From NCBI GenBank assembly GCA_949372805.1, contig CASIBH010000001.1, positions 18,771 through 82,770 of the forward strand: a stretch of DNA of 64,000 nucleotides. Direction: 5' to 3'. The position numbers and the translations under genes are program-made. Below are positions 9,203 to 20,835 of the stretch, one piece after another. Within the stretch, counting starts at the first letter, position 1. Every line of letters starts with the position of its first letter. Source of the DNA: an uncultured Flavobacteriales bacterium. Lineage in GTDB: Bacteria > Bacteroidota > Bacteroidia > Flavobacteriales > BACL11. The notes beneath the pieces are model-generated. The model did no database searches. It had not been told where the DNA came from and saw nothing but the letters and a program-made list of their open reading frames with translations.

Positions 9203-9709
9203 CTAAAAAAGTGCTTTTAGCTCTGTAGCGTCTTCAGCTTTCATTTTCCCGCCAAGAATTAATGATAATTGCCTTCTTCGTAGAGCACCATCATATCTCA
9301 ATTTCTCAAGTTCTGTTTCAGGGTTAACTAGAGGAACCTTTACAGGCCTTCCCATATTATTTACAGCAACAAATGTATAAATTGCTTCATTACACTTAGT
9401 CTTTTCTCCTGATAGTGAATCTTCAGCCCACACATCTAAAAAAATTTCCATTGAAGAATTAAATGACCTAGATATTTTACCTTCAATTGTTACAATACTT
9501 CCTCGTGGAATAGGGTGGTTAAAACTTACATTATTAACTGAGGCCGTAACCGAAGTCCTATTACAATGTCTTTGAGCTGTAATTGCAGCAGTGATATCCA
9601 TCCAATATAAAAGTCTTCCTCCCATTAAATTATCAAGATTATTAGTATCATTTGGTAGTACAATTTCTGTAAGAATAGCTTTTGAATCTGCAGGAGTTTT
9701 ATTTATCAT
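9203..9709 (-). CDS. Acyl-CoA thioesterase (hotdog fold, YciA-like)
   Basis: LPNDTNNLDNLMGGRLLYWMDITAAITAQRH...SVTASV...FNHPI. The ATG at 9709 lies 2 nt after the upstream stop and is preferred over the TTG at 9730. Confidence 0.85.
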   Translation of the reverse strand: MINKTPADSKAILTEIVLPNDTNNLDNLMGGRLLYWMDITAAITAQRHCNRTSVTASVNNVSFNHPIPRGSIVTIEGKISRSFNSSMEIFLDVWAEDSLSGEKTKCNEAIYTFVAVNNMGRPVKVPLVNPETELEKLRYDGALRRRQLSLILGGKMKAEDATELKALF

Positions 9710-9711
9710 AT

Positions 9712-10680
9712 TTATAAGGATAAAATCCAAGCATCTGGGTTTTCTGTTCTGATTTTTTTAAGATCTGAAAGAGCATTTTCTTTAACCGAATAAGAAGAAT
9801 AGCATACTCTCATTATTTTATTATTTCCATCATTGACAATTGAAGAATTATAATTCCATTCACTTAATCTTGCTACTAATTTTTTTGCATTTTCTTTTTC
9901 CCCAAATGCCCCGGCAATTATATAATATTCTGATTTAGAAAAAACAGGTGTTTCCTCTGTAGTTATTGTTACTTCTTTAATATTAATATTATTTTTTTTA
10001 ATATCTATTGTCGGCTGATTAATAGTATTTATAATCTCTTTTGGTTGAATATTAATTGTTTTTGCATCGGTAATTGGAAGAAGTGATGCCATCTGAGTGT
10101 ATAAATTATTTATTTTGTCCTCTTGAGTAACACTTAGAAATGAAATGCTAATTAAAGGTAAAAGAATTGCTGCAACTTTAAGTAATTTTTTTCCCGAAAA
10201 ATTTTTAATTTTCTTGATTTTAGTAATCGTATTCTTAATTTCAGTCTTTTGACTTCGTAATATTTTTTTGTTTAGCGTTGAGGGAAGACCAAATGAATCT
10301 AAATTATAATTAATAGATAAATCTTGAGAAAAAATTATTTTACCATCAGAATTAAGAGTAAAGATTCCAATTTTATTAATTCTTAAAGATTTATACTTTT
10401 TAAGCTTAATTAAATTTTCATTTACAAATTTAATAGTAATTTTTTTAGCTTTCTCATGAGATATCTTTTCGTTTTTAACGATATGATCTATTAAAATACC
10501 ATCATTCTCCTTTAGCTCAGTATTAAAAAGGATTGATTTGCCAGGAGGAGTAATAATTCCAGCTGATGGGTTTAGTCTTGCAGAATTTTTATTACCAATA
10601 AACCCGCCAAATCCCATTACTATAATACAATCATGTGTAAATAAAAGTTCTGATATATAATGTTCAACAGAGTTTGTCAT
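9712..10680 (-). CDS. SPOR-domain protein with HU-like N-terminal domain
   Basis: N-terminal ISELLFTHDCIIVMGFGGFIG and a central membrane helix. C-terminal SPOR-like YYIIAGAFGEKENAKKLVARL...MRVCYSSYSVKENALSDLKKIR. Confidence 0.75.
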   Translation of the reverse strand: MTNSVEHYISELLFTHDCIIVMGFGGFIGNKNSARLNPSAGIITPPGKSILFNTELKENDGILIDHIVKNEKISHEKAKKITIKFVNENLIKLKKYKSLRINKIGIFTLNSDGKIIFSQDLSINYNLDSFGLPSTLNKKILRSQKTEIKNTITKIKKIKNFSGKKLLKVAAILLPLISISFLSVTQEDKINNLYTQMASLLPITDAKTINIQPKEIINTINQPTIDIKKNNINIKEVTITTEETPVFSKSEYYIIAGAFGEKENAKKLVARLSEWNYNSSIVNDGNNKIMRVCYSSYSVKENALSDLKKIRTENPDAWILSL

Positions 10681-10762
10681 TTTACAAATGTAATTAATTT
10701 ATACAATTCATTAAAACCTTATTACGAAATTATGATTTAACATAATAATTATAAGAAATCTA

Positions 10763-11473
10763 TTAAAATTTAATTTTATTAAGTAGTGTTTTTAAATCAT
10801 CTAAAGTATCTATTGAAATATTTTCAGTATCCGTTTCTAATACTTTGATTTTATAGTTGTTATCAAGCCATCTAAGCTGTTCTAAACCATTTTTTTTCTC
10901 ATTGTGACTCATTGGGAGTTTTGTGATCTTTAAAATAGTTTCTTTATTGAATCCATACATCCCAATATGCTTAAAATAGTTTAGTTTATTATTTAAACCA
11001 TTTCTGAAAAAATTTACAGCTTCATTGTTATCGTCAAAAATTATTTTGACTATATTTAAATCATCTATTTCTTCTTGGTTTTCTATTTTTTTATAAAGCG
11101 TTCCTATGTCTATTTTAGATCTATTAAATAAATCTATTAGGCTTGATATTTGCAGTGGATTTATTGTCGGTTCATCCCCCTGAATATTAATAATTATATC
11201 AAAATCAATGCCAATTTTTTTAACTACTTCAGCACATCTATCAGTTCCTGACTTGTGGTTTTTACTTGTGATAATTACATTGCCTTTAAACGATTTAACG
11301 TGATTAAATATTCTTTTGTCATCAGTAGCTACAATTACATCGTTAAGATCTTTACATTTTTTTGCTTGCTCATAAACTCTTTGAATCATAGATTTTCCAG
11401 CAATGTCAACTAAAGGTTTTCCAGGAAATCTTGAAGAACTATATCTTGCTGGTATTATTCCTAATACTTTCAT
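10763..11473 (-). CDS. kdsB: 3-deoxy-manno-octulosonate cytidylyltransferase
   Basis: MKVLGIIPARYSSSRFPGKPLVDIAGKSMIQRVYE...VATDD...NIQGDEP. Confidence 0.92.
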   Translation of the reverse strand: MKVLGIIPARYSSSRFPGKPLVDIAGKSMIQRVYEQAKKCKDLNDVIVATDDKRIFNHVKSFKGNVIITSKNHKSGTDRCAEVVKKIGIDFDIIINIQGDEPTINPLQISSLIDLFNRSKIDIGTLYKKIENQEEIDDLNIVKIIFDDNNEAVNFFRNGLNNKLNYFKHIGMYGFNKETILKITKLPMSHNEKKNGLEQLRWLDNNYKIKVLETDTENISIDTLDDLKTLLNKIKF

Positions 11474-13864
11474 TTAAATTTTCAAACTTAATTGACATGC
11501 AATTGTTCTAGGGGGACGCATATCAGCTGGTCTACTCATATATTCTTCATTAAGAAGATTATTAATAATTAAACTAATTCTTGAATTTTTGTCAATGTTG
11601 TATCCAATTCTTAAATCAATAATAAAATCTCCGTCAAGATATTTCTCTCTAGCTTCATTTATTCCAGGAATTAATTCTTGGTTTATCCACTCATCAGTAA
11701 ATATCTTATCAATATTTCTCATAAAATCATTAAAACGTAAACTAGTTCCAAAAAGAAAATTTTGATATAAAAATTCAGCATCTATTTTAGCAATATGTTG
11801 GTATCTGTATTTTAATATTGATGGGTCAGAGCTTGAGTTGTTATACGTTAGCTCTGGCCCTATTTCTTCTCCATTAATTACAAGTGGACCAATACTTTCA
11901 GTATATACTTTATTTGGCTCTAATGCAATTGGATCCATATAAGTATATCCGCCAATTAAATTGATTGATAAATCATTATTGATTTTTCCTTGACCATTAA
12001 AGCTTAATTCAACCCCACTAATCTGGGTTTTGCCAATATTTACTGATTTAAATCCTAAACCGTATAAAGGCATTGTGGTTGGGTCTCCCCATTGTCCAAA
12101 TGTAAACTCCATCATGTCATGATACCTCATGATAAAAGCAGCAATATCAATAAAGCCACTCCATTTGCGGATCTTTAATTTTTGTTTTAAAGCAATTTCT
12201 GAGCTCCATCCTCTCTCAGGCTTAAGTTCAGGGTTAGCGTAGATTTCAATTCCTGATGCGTTAGTTGTAACAAATAATTCAGCCATTGATGGGAAGCGAT
12301 ATCCTTGACCCCAAGATGATCTTAAAAATGTTGAAGGGCTGATCTCATAGTTAATGCCAGCTCTAAAAACAGGTCTTCCAACAGAGAAATTATTAATAGA
12401 GTCACCATTTATAATATGCTTAGTTTCAGAATTTAGGCTAAAATATTCATATCTACCACCAGATGAAATATTAAGTTTTCCTATTTTTTTATCTAATTGA
12501 GTATAAAGGGAGTGATTTCTTCGAAAATTACTGCCTTGAAAAATCTTGGAGTTTGCAAAAATAATTTCATTTGTTGTTCCCATTGTATAACTCAGGTTAA
12601 TTTTTTCTAAGTTTTTCTGCCATTTATAATCACTATAATATGATTTTGATCTATTGACATTGTTTATGGTGTCACCTATTGTAGAATTATCATTAATTAC
12701 TTTTAAAAATCTTGTTCTTAATGTATGTCTATTATTCCCAATTATATATGTTGCATAAGGGTCAACATTATAAGTGTTTCCATTTGTATTTGTTAGTTCA
12801 CCGTTTAAAGGAATATATGCTCTGTCATAACTATCCCAAATTATTACAGATGCAGTATTTTGGAAAAGAAAATTAGCATTTAATCCATAGCTCAATCCTT
12901 TTATTTTATCACTTTTAAAAAGAGAATTTATATTAAATCTTTTTCTATCAGTTGCTTCCCCTTGTCTATATCCATCGTCTAAAAATAAATTTCCACCAAT
13001 AGATAAGTCTAGTTTTTTCATCTTATAAGATTGTAAAAACTCAAGCCCTTTAAACGCTCTTCTTTTTTCTCCATTCCAATTTAATTCATCTCTTCTTGGA
13101 AAGTCAATTAAACCAAAATTCATATTTAATTTTGTAAATCCCGGTAAAGTGTTTTTATCTATCTCAGAATTTTTTGGGTATGATGTCCTTATGTTAACAA
13201 CACCATTTAAAGCGGATGATCCATATAATGCAGAAGCTGCACCTTTAATTACTTCAACTTGATTAATGTTTTCTGTTGCAATTAAATTCCATTGAACTTG
13301 ACCTGCGTCTCCAGAAATTAATGGCATATCATCAACTAAAACTAAAACTCTTGTTCCTGTTCCATAGCTCCAGCCACTTCCTCCTCTTATATTTGCTTGT
13401 CCATCTGTAATATTAAGACCAGGAATTTGCTCCATAGCAGATTTAATATTTGTAGTGTTTTTGTTTTCAATAAGGCTAGGCTTTATTACCTCCATAGAAA
13501 TAGTTGTTTCTTCAATTCTTTGATTAAATTTTCCTGCAGAGATCACGACGGTATTTAGTTTTTCAGAGGTGCTTTCTAAAAATATTTCTACTTGTCTATT
13601 ATTAATTTTTTTAGCTAGTATTTCTTTAGAAATTGTTTTGTATCCAAGATATTTAAATGTTAGTTTGTTTATGCCTTCTTCAAGCGTAATTGTAAATTTT
13701 CCATTTAAATCAGTAGCTGTTCCAGTATTATTTGTTGTAATTATATTAACACCAATTAGTGCTTCATTATTTTCAAGATCTTTAACAATTCCAGTGATTT
13801 GCTGAGCAAGTGATAACTCTATGATCATGGAGAGGAAAATAAATAATATTGATTTTTTGTTCAT
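11474..13864 (-). CDS. TonB-dependent receptor with N-terminal carboxypeptidase-regulatory-like domain
   Basis: Signal peptide, then GIVKDLENNEALIGVNIIT...GKFTI (CarbopepD-like). Plug domain with IPGLNITDG...IRGGSG...VLVDDMP. Long beta-barrel. ATG at 13864 (MNKKSILF) is preferred over the TTG at 13882. No spacer to kdsB. Confidence 0.88.
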   Translation of the reverse strand: MNKKSILFIFLSMIIELSLAQQITGIVKDLENNEALIGVNIITTNNTGTATDLNGKFTITLEEGINKLTFKYLGYKTISKEILAKKINNRQVEIFLESTSEKLNTVVISAGKFNQRIEETTISMEVIKPSLIENKNTTNIKSAMEQIPGLNITDGQANIRGGSGWSYGTGTRVLVLVDDMPLISGDAGQVQWNLIATENINQVEVIKGAASALYGSSALNGVVNIRTSYPKNSEIDKNTLPGFTKLNMNFGLIDFPRRDELNWNGEKRRAFKGLEFLQSYKMKKLDLSIGGNLFLDDGYRQGEATDRKRFNINSLFKSDKIKGLSYGLNANFLFQNTASVIIWDSYDRAYIPLNGELTNTNGNTYNVDPYATYIIGNNRHTLRTRFLKVINDNSTIGDTINNVNRSKSYYSDYKWQKNLEKINLSYTMGTTNEIIFANSKIFQGSNFRRNHSLYTQLDKKIGKLNISSGGRYEYFSLNSETKHIINGDSINNFSVGRPVFRAGINYEISPSTFLRSSWGQGYRFPSMAELFVTTNASGIEIYANPELKPERGWSSEIALKQKLKIRKWSGFIDIAAFIMRYHDMMEFTFGQWGDPTTMPLYGLGFKSVNIGKTQISGVELSFNGQGKINNDLSINLIGGYTYMDPIALEPNKVYTESIGPLVINGEEIGPELTYNNSSSDPSILKYRYQHIAKIDAEFLYQNFLFGTSLRFNDFMRNIDKIFTDEWINQELIPGINEAREKYLDGDFIIDLRIGYNIDKNSRISLIINNLLNEEYMSRPADMRPPRTIACQLSLKI

Positions 13865-13935
13865 TATTTGAAAATTATACAAATATAGAAAACCAAAATT
13901 GATGCAGTTTAATAATAATTTTTATAAAAAAAATA

Positions 13936-13943
13936 TACATTTG
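13936..13943 (+). promoter_or_regulatory. Candidate -7 promoter element (TACATTTG) for gdhA
   Basis: Matches TAnnTTTG, 39 nt upstream of the gdhA ATG. Confidence 0.4.
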
Positions 13944-13976
13944 CCGTATTATAAATTAGACGTATTTTAAATATAA

Positions 13977-15317
<1,341 letters not shown>

Positions 15318-15560
15318 GTGTTACTTTTTGATTATTTTAAAAAAACTGTTACACAGTTAAAATCAAATAATTCTAATAGTTTACGAACTAAGAATACTAT
15401 TTTTTTACTTGCTCTAAGTGAATTATTTATTGTTATTGTTGGAATTTTTTTATCTCTTTATATAGATAGGTTGAATTCTTCAAGAAATTTTGAGAAACAA
15501 TATGAGAATACACTAAAGATAGGAGCTGCTGGGCCATATTCAATTTGGGAAAAGCAATAG
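15318..15560 (+). CDS. Small single-helix membrane protein, possibly a truncated gene remnant
   Basis: GTG start directly after the gdhA stop. FLLALSELFIVIVGIFLSLYIDRLNSSRNFEKQYENTLK resembles only the N-terminal anchor of a longer Flavobacteriia family (IGEI.LIVIGILIALQINNWNE type; family name not verified). Confidence 0.35.
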   Translation: MLLFDYFKKTVTQLKSNNSNSLRTKNTIFLLALSELFIVIVGIFLSLYIDRLNSSRNFEKQYENTLKIGAAGPYSIWEKQ

Positions 15561-15622
15561 CATTAATAAAAAAATACATAATCTTCTGTTTATAAATAAT
15601 AATATTTTTACTCCTTTTTATG

Positions 15623-15630
15623 TAATTTTG
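15623..15630 (+). promoter_or_regulatory. Candidate -7 promoter element (TAATTTTG) for kbl
   Basis: Exact TAnnTTTG, 22 nt upstream of the ATG at 15653. Confidence 0.45.
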
Positions 15631-15652
15631 TTTGTAATAAAAAAGATACGTT

Positions 15653-16843
15653 ATGATAGGTAAATTTCAACAGCAACTAAAAGATGAATTAGCAAGTATT
15701 TCAGAGGCCGGATTGTTTAAAAAAGAAAGAATTATTATACAACCTCAGTCCACAGAAGTAGAGGTGGATACAGGTGAAAAGGTGCTTAATTTTTGTGCCA
15801 ATAATTATTTAGGACTTTCATCTCATCCAGAAGTGGTTCAAGCAGCAAAAGACGCATTAGACACACATGGTTTTGGTATGTCTTCAGTTCGTTTTATATG
15901 TGGGACCCAAGATATTCATAAAAAATTAGAAGAAAAGCTCTCCTCATTTTTATCCACTGAAGATACTATTCTTTATGCAGCAGCTTTTGATGCAAATGGA
16001 GGTTTATTTGAACCATTATTTAGTAAAGAGGATGCTATTATTTCCGACTCATTAAATCATGCGTCAATAATTGACGGTGTTAGACTATGTAAGGCTGAAA
16101 GGTACAGGTATAAAAATAATGATATGTCTGATTTAGAAGCTCAATTAATTGAATCTCAAGCTCAAAGAAATAGGGTTATAGTTACGGATGGGGTGTTTTC
16201 TATGGATGGATATATTGCACAGTTAGATAAGATATGTGATTTAGCAGAAAAGTATGATGCTCTTGTAATGGTGGATGATTGTCATTCTACTGGATTTGTT
16301 GGTCCTACTGGCAGAGGTACTCATGAGCATTGTAATGTTGTTGGTAGAGTAGATATTATAACAGGTACTCTTGGAAAAGCATTAGGTGGGGCAATGGGAG
16401 GCTTTACCTCAGGAAAAAAAGAAATTATTGAAATGTTGAGACAAAAGTCAAGACCATATTTATTCTCAAATTCTTTAGCACCTTCAATTGTAGGTGCAGG
16501 CATTAAAGTTTTAGATATTTTATCGGACTCCACATTTTTAAGAGATAAATTAGAATCTAATACTAAATATTTTAGAGAAAAAATATCTGAAGCTGGATTT
16601 GATATTAAAGATGGAATTCATCCTATAGTTCCGGTAATGCTGTATGACGCAAAACTTGCTGGCTTAATGGCTGACAAATTACTAGAAGAAGGAGTATATG
16701 TTATTGGGTTTTTCTTTCCTGTAGTACCTAAAGATCAAGCTAGAATACGAGTACAAATTTCTGCTGCTCATTCAATTGAAAATATTGATAAAGCAGTTGC
16801 GGCATTTATAAAGACAGGTAAGGAGTTGGGAGTCATTAATTAA
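15653..16843 (+). CDS. kbl: Glycine C-acetyltransferase (2-amino-3-ketobutyrate CoA ligase)
   Basis: [40 protein letters not shown] and [10 protein letters not shown] (PLP lysine). 396 aa. Confidence 0.92.
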   Translation: MIGKFQQQLKDELASISEAGLFKKERIIIQPQSTEVEVDTGEKVLNFCANNYLGLSSHPEVVQAAKDALDTHGFGMSSVRFICGTQDIHKKLEEKLSSFLSTEDTILYAAAFDANGGLFEPLFSKEDAIISDSLNHASIIDGVRLCKAERYRYKNNDMSDLEAQLIESQAQRNRVIVTDGVFSMDGYIAQLDKICDLAEKYDALVMVDDCHSTGFVGPTGRGTHEHCNVVGRVDIITGTLGKALGGAMGGFTSGKKEIIEMLRQKSRPYLFSNSLAPSIVGAGIKVLDILSDSTFLRDKLESNTKYFREKISEAGFDIKDGIHPIVPVMLYDAKLAGLMADKLLEEGVYVIGFFFPVVPKDQARIRVQISAAHSIENIDKAVAAFIKTGKELGVIN

Positions 16844-16860
16844 TATTGATGAAAAAATAT

Positions 16861-16890
16861 TTTGCTACAGATAAAAAAAGTGTAATTTTG
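16861..16890 (+). promoter_or_regulatory. Candidate Bacteroidetes promoter (TTTG-N18-TAATTTTG) for rplM-rpsI
   Basis: -33-like TTTG at 16861-16864 and -7 TAATTTTG at 16883-16890, 34 nt upstream of the rplM start. Confidence 0.5.
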
Positions 16891-16924
16891 CACCCCTTTA
16901 ATAAGTAAATAAAAAATTAAAACC

Positions 16925-17380
16925 GTGGATACATTAAGTTATAAAACATTATCATCTAATAAAGCTACTGCTAATAAACAGTGGTTTATAGTTGATGCTG
17001 AAGGACATACTCTTGGAAGAATGTCTTCTAAAATTGCAAAAGTCTTGAGAGGAAAATATAAAACAAATTTTACTCCTCACGCTGATTGTGGTGATTATGT
17101 TGTTGTTATAAATTCAGAAAAAATTGTAATGACAGGTTCTAAAATGAATGATAGAGAGATTTTTAGTCATACAGGTTATCCAGGTGGACAAAAAAGAATA
17201 ACTCCTTTAGAAATGTTAGCTAAAGATGGAACTTCAGTTGTAAAACATGCTATTAAAGGAATGTTGCCTAAGAATAAACTTGGAGCAGCAATTTTAAAGA
17301 ATTGTTATATTTTTTCTGGTTCAGAGCACGATAAAGAAGCTCAAAAACCAACAGTTCTTAATTTAAACGACTTAATATAA
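16925..17380 (+). CDS. rplM: 50S ribosomal protein L13
   Basis: GTG start. MDTLSYKTLSSNKATANKQWFIVDAEGHTLGRMSSKIAKVLRGK... Confidence 0.95.
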   Translation: MDTLSYKTLSSNKATANKQWFIVDAEGHTLGRMSSKIAKVLRGKYKTNFTPHADCGDYVVVINSEKIVMTGSKMNDREIFSHTGYPGGQKRITPLEMLAKDGTSVVKHAIKGMLPKNKLGAAILKNCYIFSGSEHDKEAQKPTVLNLNDLI

Positions 17381-17383
17381 CAT

Positions 17384-17770
17384 ATGGAAACAATTCACAC
17401 AATAGGAAGAAGAAAAGCATCTGTAGCTAGAATTTATATGACTAGCGGTAAAGGTAAGGTTACTGTAAACAAGAAAGACTTTAAGGATTTCTTTCCTGTT
17501 GAGGTGATTCAGGCTAAAATTGTACAACCATTTAAAGTATTAAATGTTGAAGGTAAATTTGATGTAAAAGTAAATGTAAATGGTGGTGGAATTACTGGAC
17601 AAGCTGAAGCAATTAGATTAGCAATTTCAAGAGCCTTGTGTGTTTTAGATTTAGAAAATAGACCTGCTCTTAAAGCAGAAGGTTTACTTACTAGAGATCC
17701 AAGAGTAGTTGAGAGAAAAAAACCTGGTCAGAAAAAAGCCCGTAAGAAATTCCAGTGGGTTAAAAGATAG
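17384..17770 (+). CDS. rpsI: 30S ribosomal protein S9
   Basis: [11 protein letters not shown]...[19 protein letters not shown]...[24 protein letters not shown]. Confidence 0.95.
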   Translation: METIHTIGRRKASVARIYMTSGKGKVTVNKKDFKDFFPVEVIQAKIVQPFKVLNVEGKFDVKVNVNGGGITGQAEAIRLAISRALCVLDLENRPALKAEGLLTRDPRVVERKKPGQKKARKKFQWVKR

Positions 17771-17861
17771 AATTATTAATTATTGTTTAGCATCTAAACT
17801 AATAAGACAAGTGCAAAACTTCTACTTATCAGTTGCTTAAACTAAAAAAAAGAATGTAAAC

Positions 17862-18620
17862 ATGTCAAGAACAAATTTCAAAGAATTATTAGAAGCAGGT
17901 GTGCACTTTGGACACCTCAAAAAAAAGTATAATCCTGCAATGTCTCCTTATGTTTTTATGGAGCAAAATGGGATACACATTATTGATTTAAACAAGACAG
18001 TTGCTATGATTGAAGTAGCTGCTGCTGCTTTAAAACAAATTGCTAAGTCTGGAAAAAAAATACTTTTTGTAGCAACAAAAAAACAAGCTAAAAATATTGT
18101 AGCAGAAACAGCTAAAGAATTAAACATGCCATATATAACTGAAAGATGGCCGGGAGGTTTGTTAACAAACTTTGCCACCATTAGAAAGTCTATAAAGAAA
18201 ATGGACAGTATTGACAAGATGAAACTTGATGGAACATTTGACACGCTTTCGAAAAGAGAAAGATTACAAATTAGTAGAACAAGAGAAAAACTGGAGTTAA
18301 ATTTTGGTAGTATTGTTAAGATGAATAGAATGCCTGAAGCAGTCTTCATTGTTGATATTAATAAAGAACATATTGCTGTTAAAGAATCACAAAAATTAGG
18401 TATTAGATCATTTGCAATTACTGATACAAATACTAATCCTTCTTTTGTTCACTTTCCTATTCCTGGTAATGATGATGCTTCTAAATCAGTAGAATGTCTT
18501 TTAAGAATATTCAGTAAAGCTGTTGCTGAAGGTTTAGAGGAGAGATCAAATGAAATTGATCAAAAATCTTTAGAGAAAAAAACAAAGGCTAAGAAAATTT
18601 CTGAAGAAAGTAAAAAATAA
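17862..18620 (+). CDS. rpsB: 30S ribosomal protein S2
   Basis: LLEAGVHFGHLKKKYNPAMSPYVF...GIHIIDL...ILFVATKKQA...RWPGGLLTNF. Confidence 0.95.
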   Translation: MSRTNFKELLEAGVHFGHLKKKYNPAMSPYVFMEQNGIHIIDLNKTVAMIEVAAAALKQIAKSGKKILFVATKKQAKNIVAETAKELNMPYITERWPGGLLTNFATIRKSIKKMDSIDKMKLDGTFDTLSKRERLQISRTREKLELNFGSIVKMNRMPEAVFIVDINKEHIAVKESQKLGIRSFAITDTNTNPSFVHFPIPGNDDASKSVECLLRIFSKAVAEGLEERSNEIDQKSLEKKTKAKKISEESKK

Positions 18621-18638
18621 TTTTAAAGTTTAAATAAG

Positions 18639-19463
18639 ATGACAAAAATTACAGCGTCGGATGTAGCTAAGCTAAGAAGACAAACAGGAGCGGGTATGAT
18701 GGATTGTAAAAAGGCATTGGTAGAATCTAATGGAGATTTTGAAATTGCCGTTGATGTATTGAGAAAGAAAGGACAGAAAGTTGCTGCAAAAAGAGCAGAT
18801 AGAGATGCATCAGAAGGAGTAGTAATTGCAAAAAATAATTCAGATAATACAAAAGCAATTTTGGTGTCATTAAATTGCGAAACAGATTTCGTCGCAAAAA
18901 ATGATGATTTTATTAATTTAGCTTATAAAATATTAGACACTGCTCTTGAAAATGATATTATTAATCCTGAAACACTTAATGAGTTATCTCTTGGCGACAT
19001 GTCAGTGTCAGAAAAAATTATAGAGCAAACAGGTGTGATTGGTGAGAAACTTGAAGTAAGTTGTCATGTCATTGAAGCAAAACAAGTTAGTTCATATATT
19101 CATGCTGGAAATAGACTTGCTACTATAGTTGGATTCAGTGATTCTTCTGATGAACAAGTTACTAGAGATGTTGCGATGCAAGTTGCTGCAATGAATCCTT
19201 TAGCTGTTGATAAAGACGGTATTTCTAAAGAAGTTATAGATAGAGAGCTTGAAGTAGCTAAAGATTTAGCGAAACAAGAGGGGAAGCCCGAAGAAATGCT
19301 TGAAAAAATAGCTCTTGGTAGATTAAATAAATTCTACAAGGAAAATACTTTACTTAATCAGGCATTTATAAAAGATGGAAAAAAATCAGTTTCTCAATAT
19401 TTAAATGATCACAAAAAAGATATGACGGTTCTAATGTTTAAGAGATTAGGTTTAGGTAATTAA
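18639..19463 (+). CDS. tsf: Translation elongation factor Ts
   Basis: [42 protein letters not shown]... Confidence 0.95.
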   Translation: MTKITASDVAKLRRQTGAGMMDCKKALVESNGDFEIAVDVLRKKGQKVAAKRADRDASEGVVIAKNNSDNTKAILVSLNCETDFVAKNDDFINLAYKILDTALENDIINPETLNELSLGDMSVSEKIIEQTGVIGEKLEVSCHVIEAKQVSSYIHAGNRLATIVGFSDSSDEQVTRDVAMQVAAMNPLAVDKDGISKEVIDRELEVAKDLAKQEGKPEEMLEKIALGRLNKFYKENTLLNQAFIKDGKKSVSQYLNDHKKDMTVLMFKRLGLGN

Positions 19464-19467
19464 ATTT

Positions 19468-19501
19468 AAAAAAGAGATTAGTTTTAATCTCTTTTTTTTT
19501 T
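19468..19501 (+). terminator. Rho-independent terminator after tsf
   Basis: Perfect hairpin AAAGAGATTA / loop GTTT / TAATCTCTTT, followed by a T-run extending to 19501. Confidence 0.8.
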
Positions 19502-19510
19502 ATAAAAAAT

Positions 19511-20221
19511 ATGAAATACAAAAGAATCCTTTTAAAATTAAGTGGCGAAGCTCTCATTGGTGAAAAACAATATGGAATTGATTCCAAGAGGCTAAGTGCT
19601 TATGCTAAAGAAATTAAGAATATCTCCGACACTGGCGTTCAGGTTGCAATAGTAATTGGAGGCGGAAATATATATAGAGGTATTCAATCTGAAGGAGCAG
19701 GATTTGATAGGGTTCAAGGTGATCATATGGGTATGTTAGCTACTATAATAAATGGTATGGCGCTTCAATCAGCTTTAGAATCATTAAATGTTGATAGTAG
19801 ATTACAGACGGCAATTAAAATGGAGCAAGTTGCCGAGCCTTATATTAGAAGGAGAGCCATGCGTCATCTTGAAAAGAATCGAGTGGTTATTTTTGGAGCT
19901 GGAACTGGAAACCCTTATTTTACCACTGATACTGCCGCAGCCTTAAGAGCAATTGAAATTGAGGCAGATATAATTTTAAAAGGGACTCGAGTTGATGGAG
20001 TGTTTTCTGCAGATCCAGAAAAAAATACTGATGCTGTGAAGTATGAAAGTATAACTTTTGATGAGGTTTATGAAAAAAAATTAAAAGTCATGGATCTGAC
20101 AGCATTTACATTATGTAAGGAAAATCAATTACCTATAAATGTATTTAATATGAATATAAGTGGGAATTTAGCTAAAGTATGTAATGGAGAAAATGTTGGA
20201 ACTTTAGTAAAATTTCAATAA
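19511..20221 (+). CDS. pyrH: UMP kinase
   Basis: [13 protein letters not shown]...[13 protein letters not shown]...[22 protein letters not shown]. Confidence 0.95.
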   Translation: MKYKRILLKLSGEALIGEKQYGIDSKRLSAYAKEIKNISDTGVQVAIVIGGGNIYRGIQSEGAGFDRVQGDHMGMLATIINGMALQSALESLNVDSRLQTAIKMEQVAEPYIRRRAMRHLEKNRVVIFGAGTGNPYFTTDTAAALRAIEIEADIILKGTRVDGVFSADPEKNTDAVKYESITFDEVYEKKLKVMDLTAFTLCKENQLPINVFNMNISGNLAKVCNGENVGTLVKFQ

Positions 20222-20236
20222 CATTGTAAATAACTT

Positions 20237-20800
20237 ATGAACGAAGAAATAAACTTTCACCTTGATATAGCAAAAGAACAAATGTTAGAATGCGTTAGTC
20301 ATTTAGAAGTTTTATTGTCTAAAATAAGAGCTGGAAAAGCTTCTCCTCAGATGCTAAGAACTATTTATGTTGATTACTATGGCTCATCTACTCCTTTAGC
20401 TCAGACAGCTAATATCTCAACGCCTGATGCCCAAACTATTTCAATTCAGCCATTTGATAAAACAACAATTCCTTTAATTGAGCAAGCAATTGTTAATGCG
20501 AACTTAGGATTTAATCCCTCAAATAATGGTGAGAAAGTAATTATTAATGTTCCGCCATTAACTGAAGAAAGAAGAAGAGATTTAGTTAGACAAACTAAAG
20601 TTGAAATTGAAAAAGCTAAAGTTAGTTCGAGAAATATTCGTCAAAAAACTAATGAAGAAATTAAAAAGTTAGGAAAAGAAGGTGTTTCAGAAGATTTAGT
20701 AAGAGATGCAGAAGAACAAGTCCAAGAATTGACTAATCAATTTACAAAAAAGTTTGACAGTATTTTTGCTGCTAAAGAAGCGGAAATTATGACTGTTTAA
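20237..20800 (+). CDS. frr: Ribosome recycling factor
   Basis: KIRAGKASPQMLRTIYVDYYGSSTPLAQTANIS...PPLTEERRRDLVRQ. Confidence 0.95.
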   Translation: MNEEINFHLDIAKEQMLECVSHLEVLLSKIRAGKASPQMLRTIYVDYYGSSTPLAQTANISTPDAQTISIQPFDKTTIPLIEQAIVNANLGFNPSNNGEKVIINVPPLTEERRRDLVRQTKVEIEKAKVSSRNIRQKTNEEIKKLGKEGVSEDLVRDAEEQVQELTNQFTKKFDSIFAAKEAEIMTV

Positions 20801-20835
20801 TTATCTTAATAATTCTATAAATATATTTTAACCTA

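Noticed and set aside
17948-18349. 133-aa ORF antisense to rpsB. Similar antisense or shadow ORFs occur at 4353-4619, 8746-9087, 13569-13805, 16321-16533, 21006-21266, 22473-22745, 24551-24739, 27849-28082, 29764-29991, 31235-31459, 33687-33932, 35418-35639, 37748-37948, 43694-43921, 49991-50194, 50898-51104, 52131-52538 and 58347-58568.
   Set aside because: Each lies wholly inside a well-supported, conserved gene on the opposite strand. Their translations are low-complexity (Phe/Ile/Leu/Ser-rich) with no recognisable motifs. Long shadow frames are expected opposite strongly codon-biased genes.
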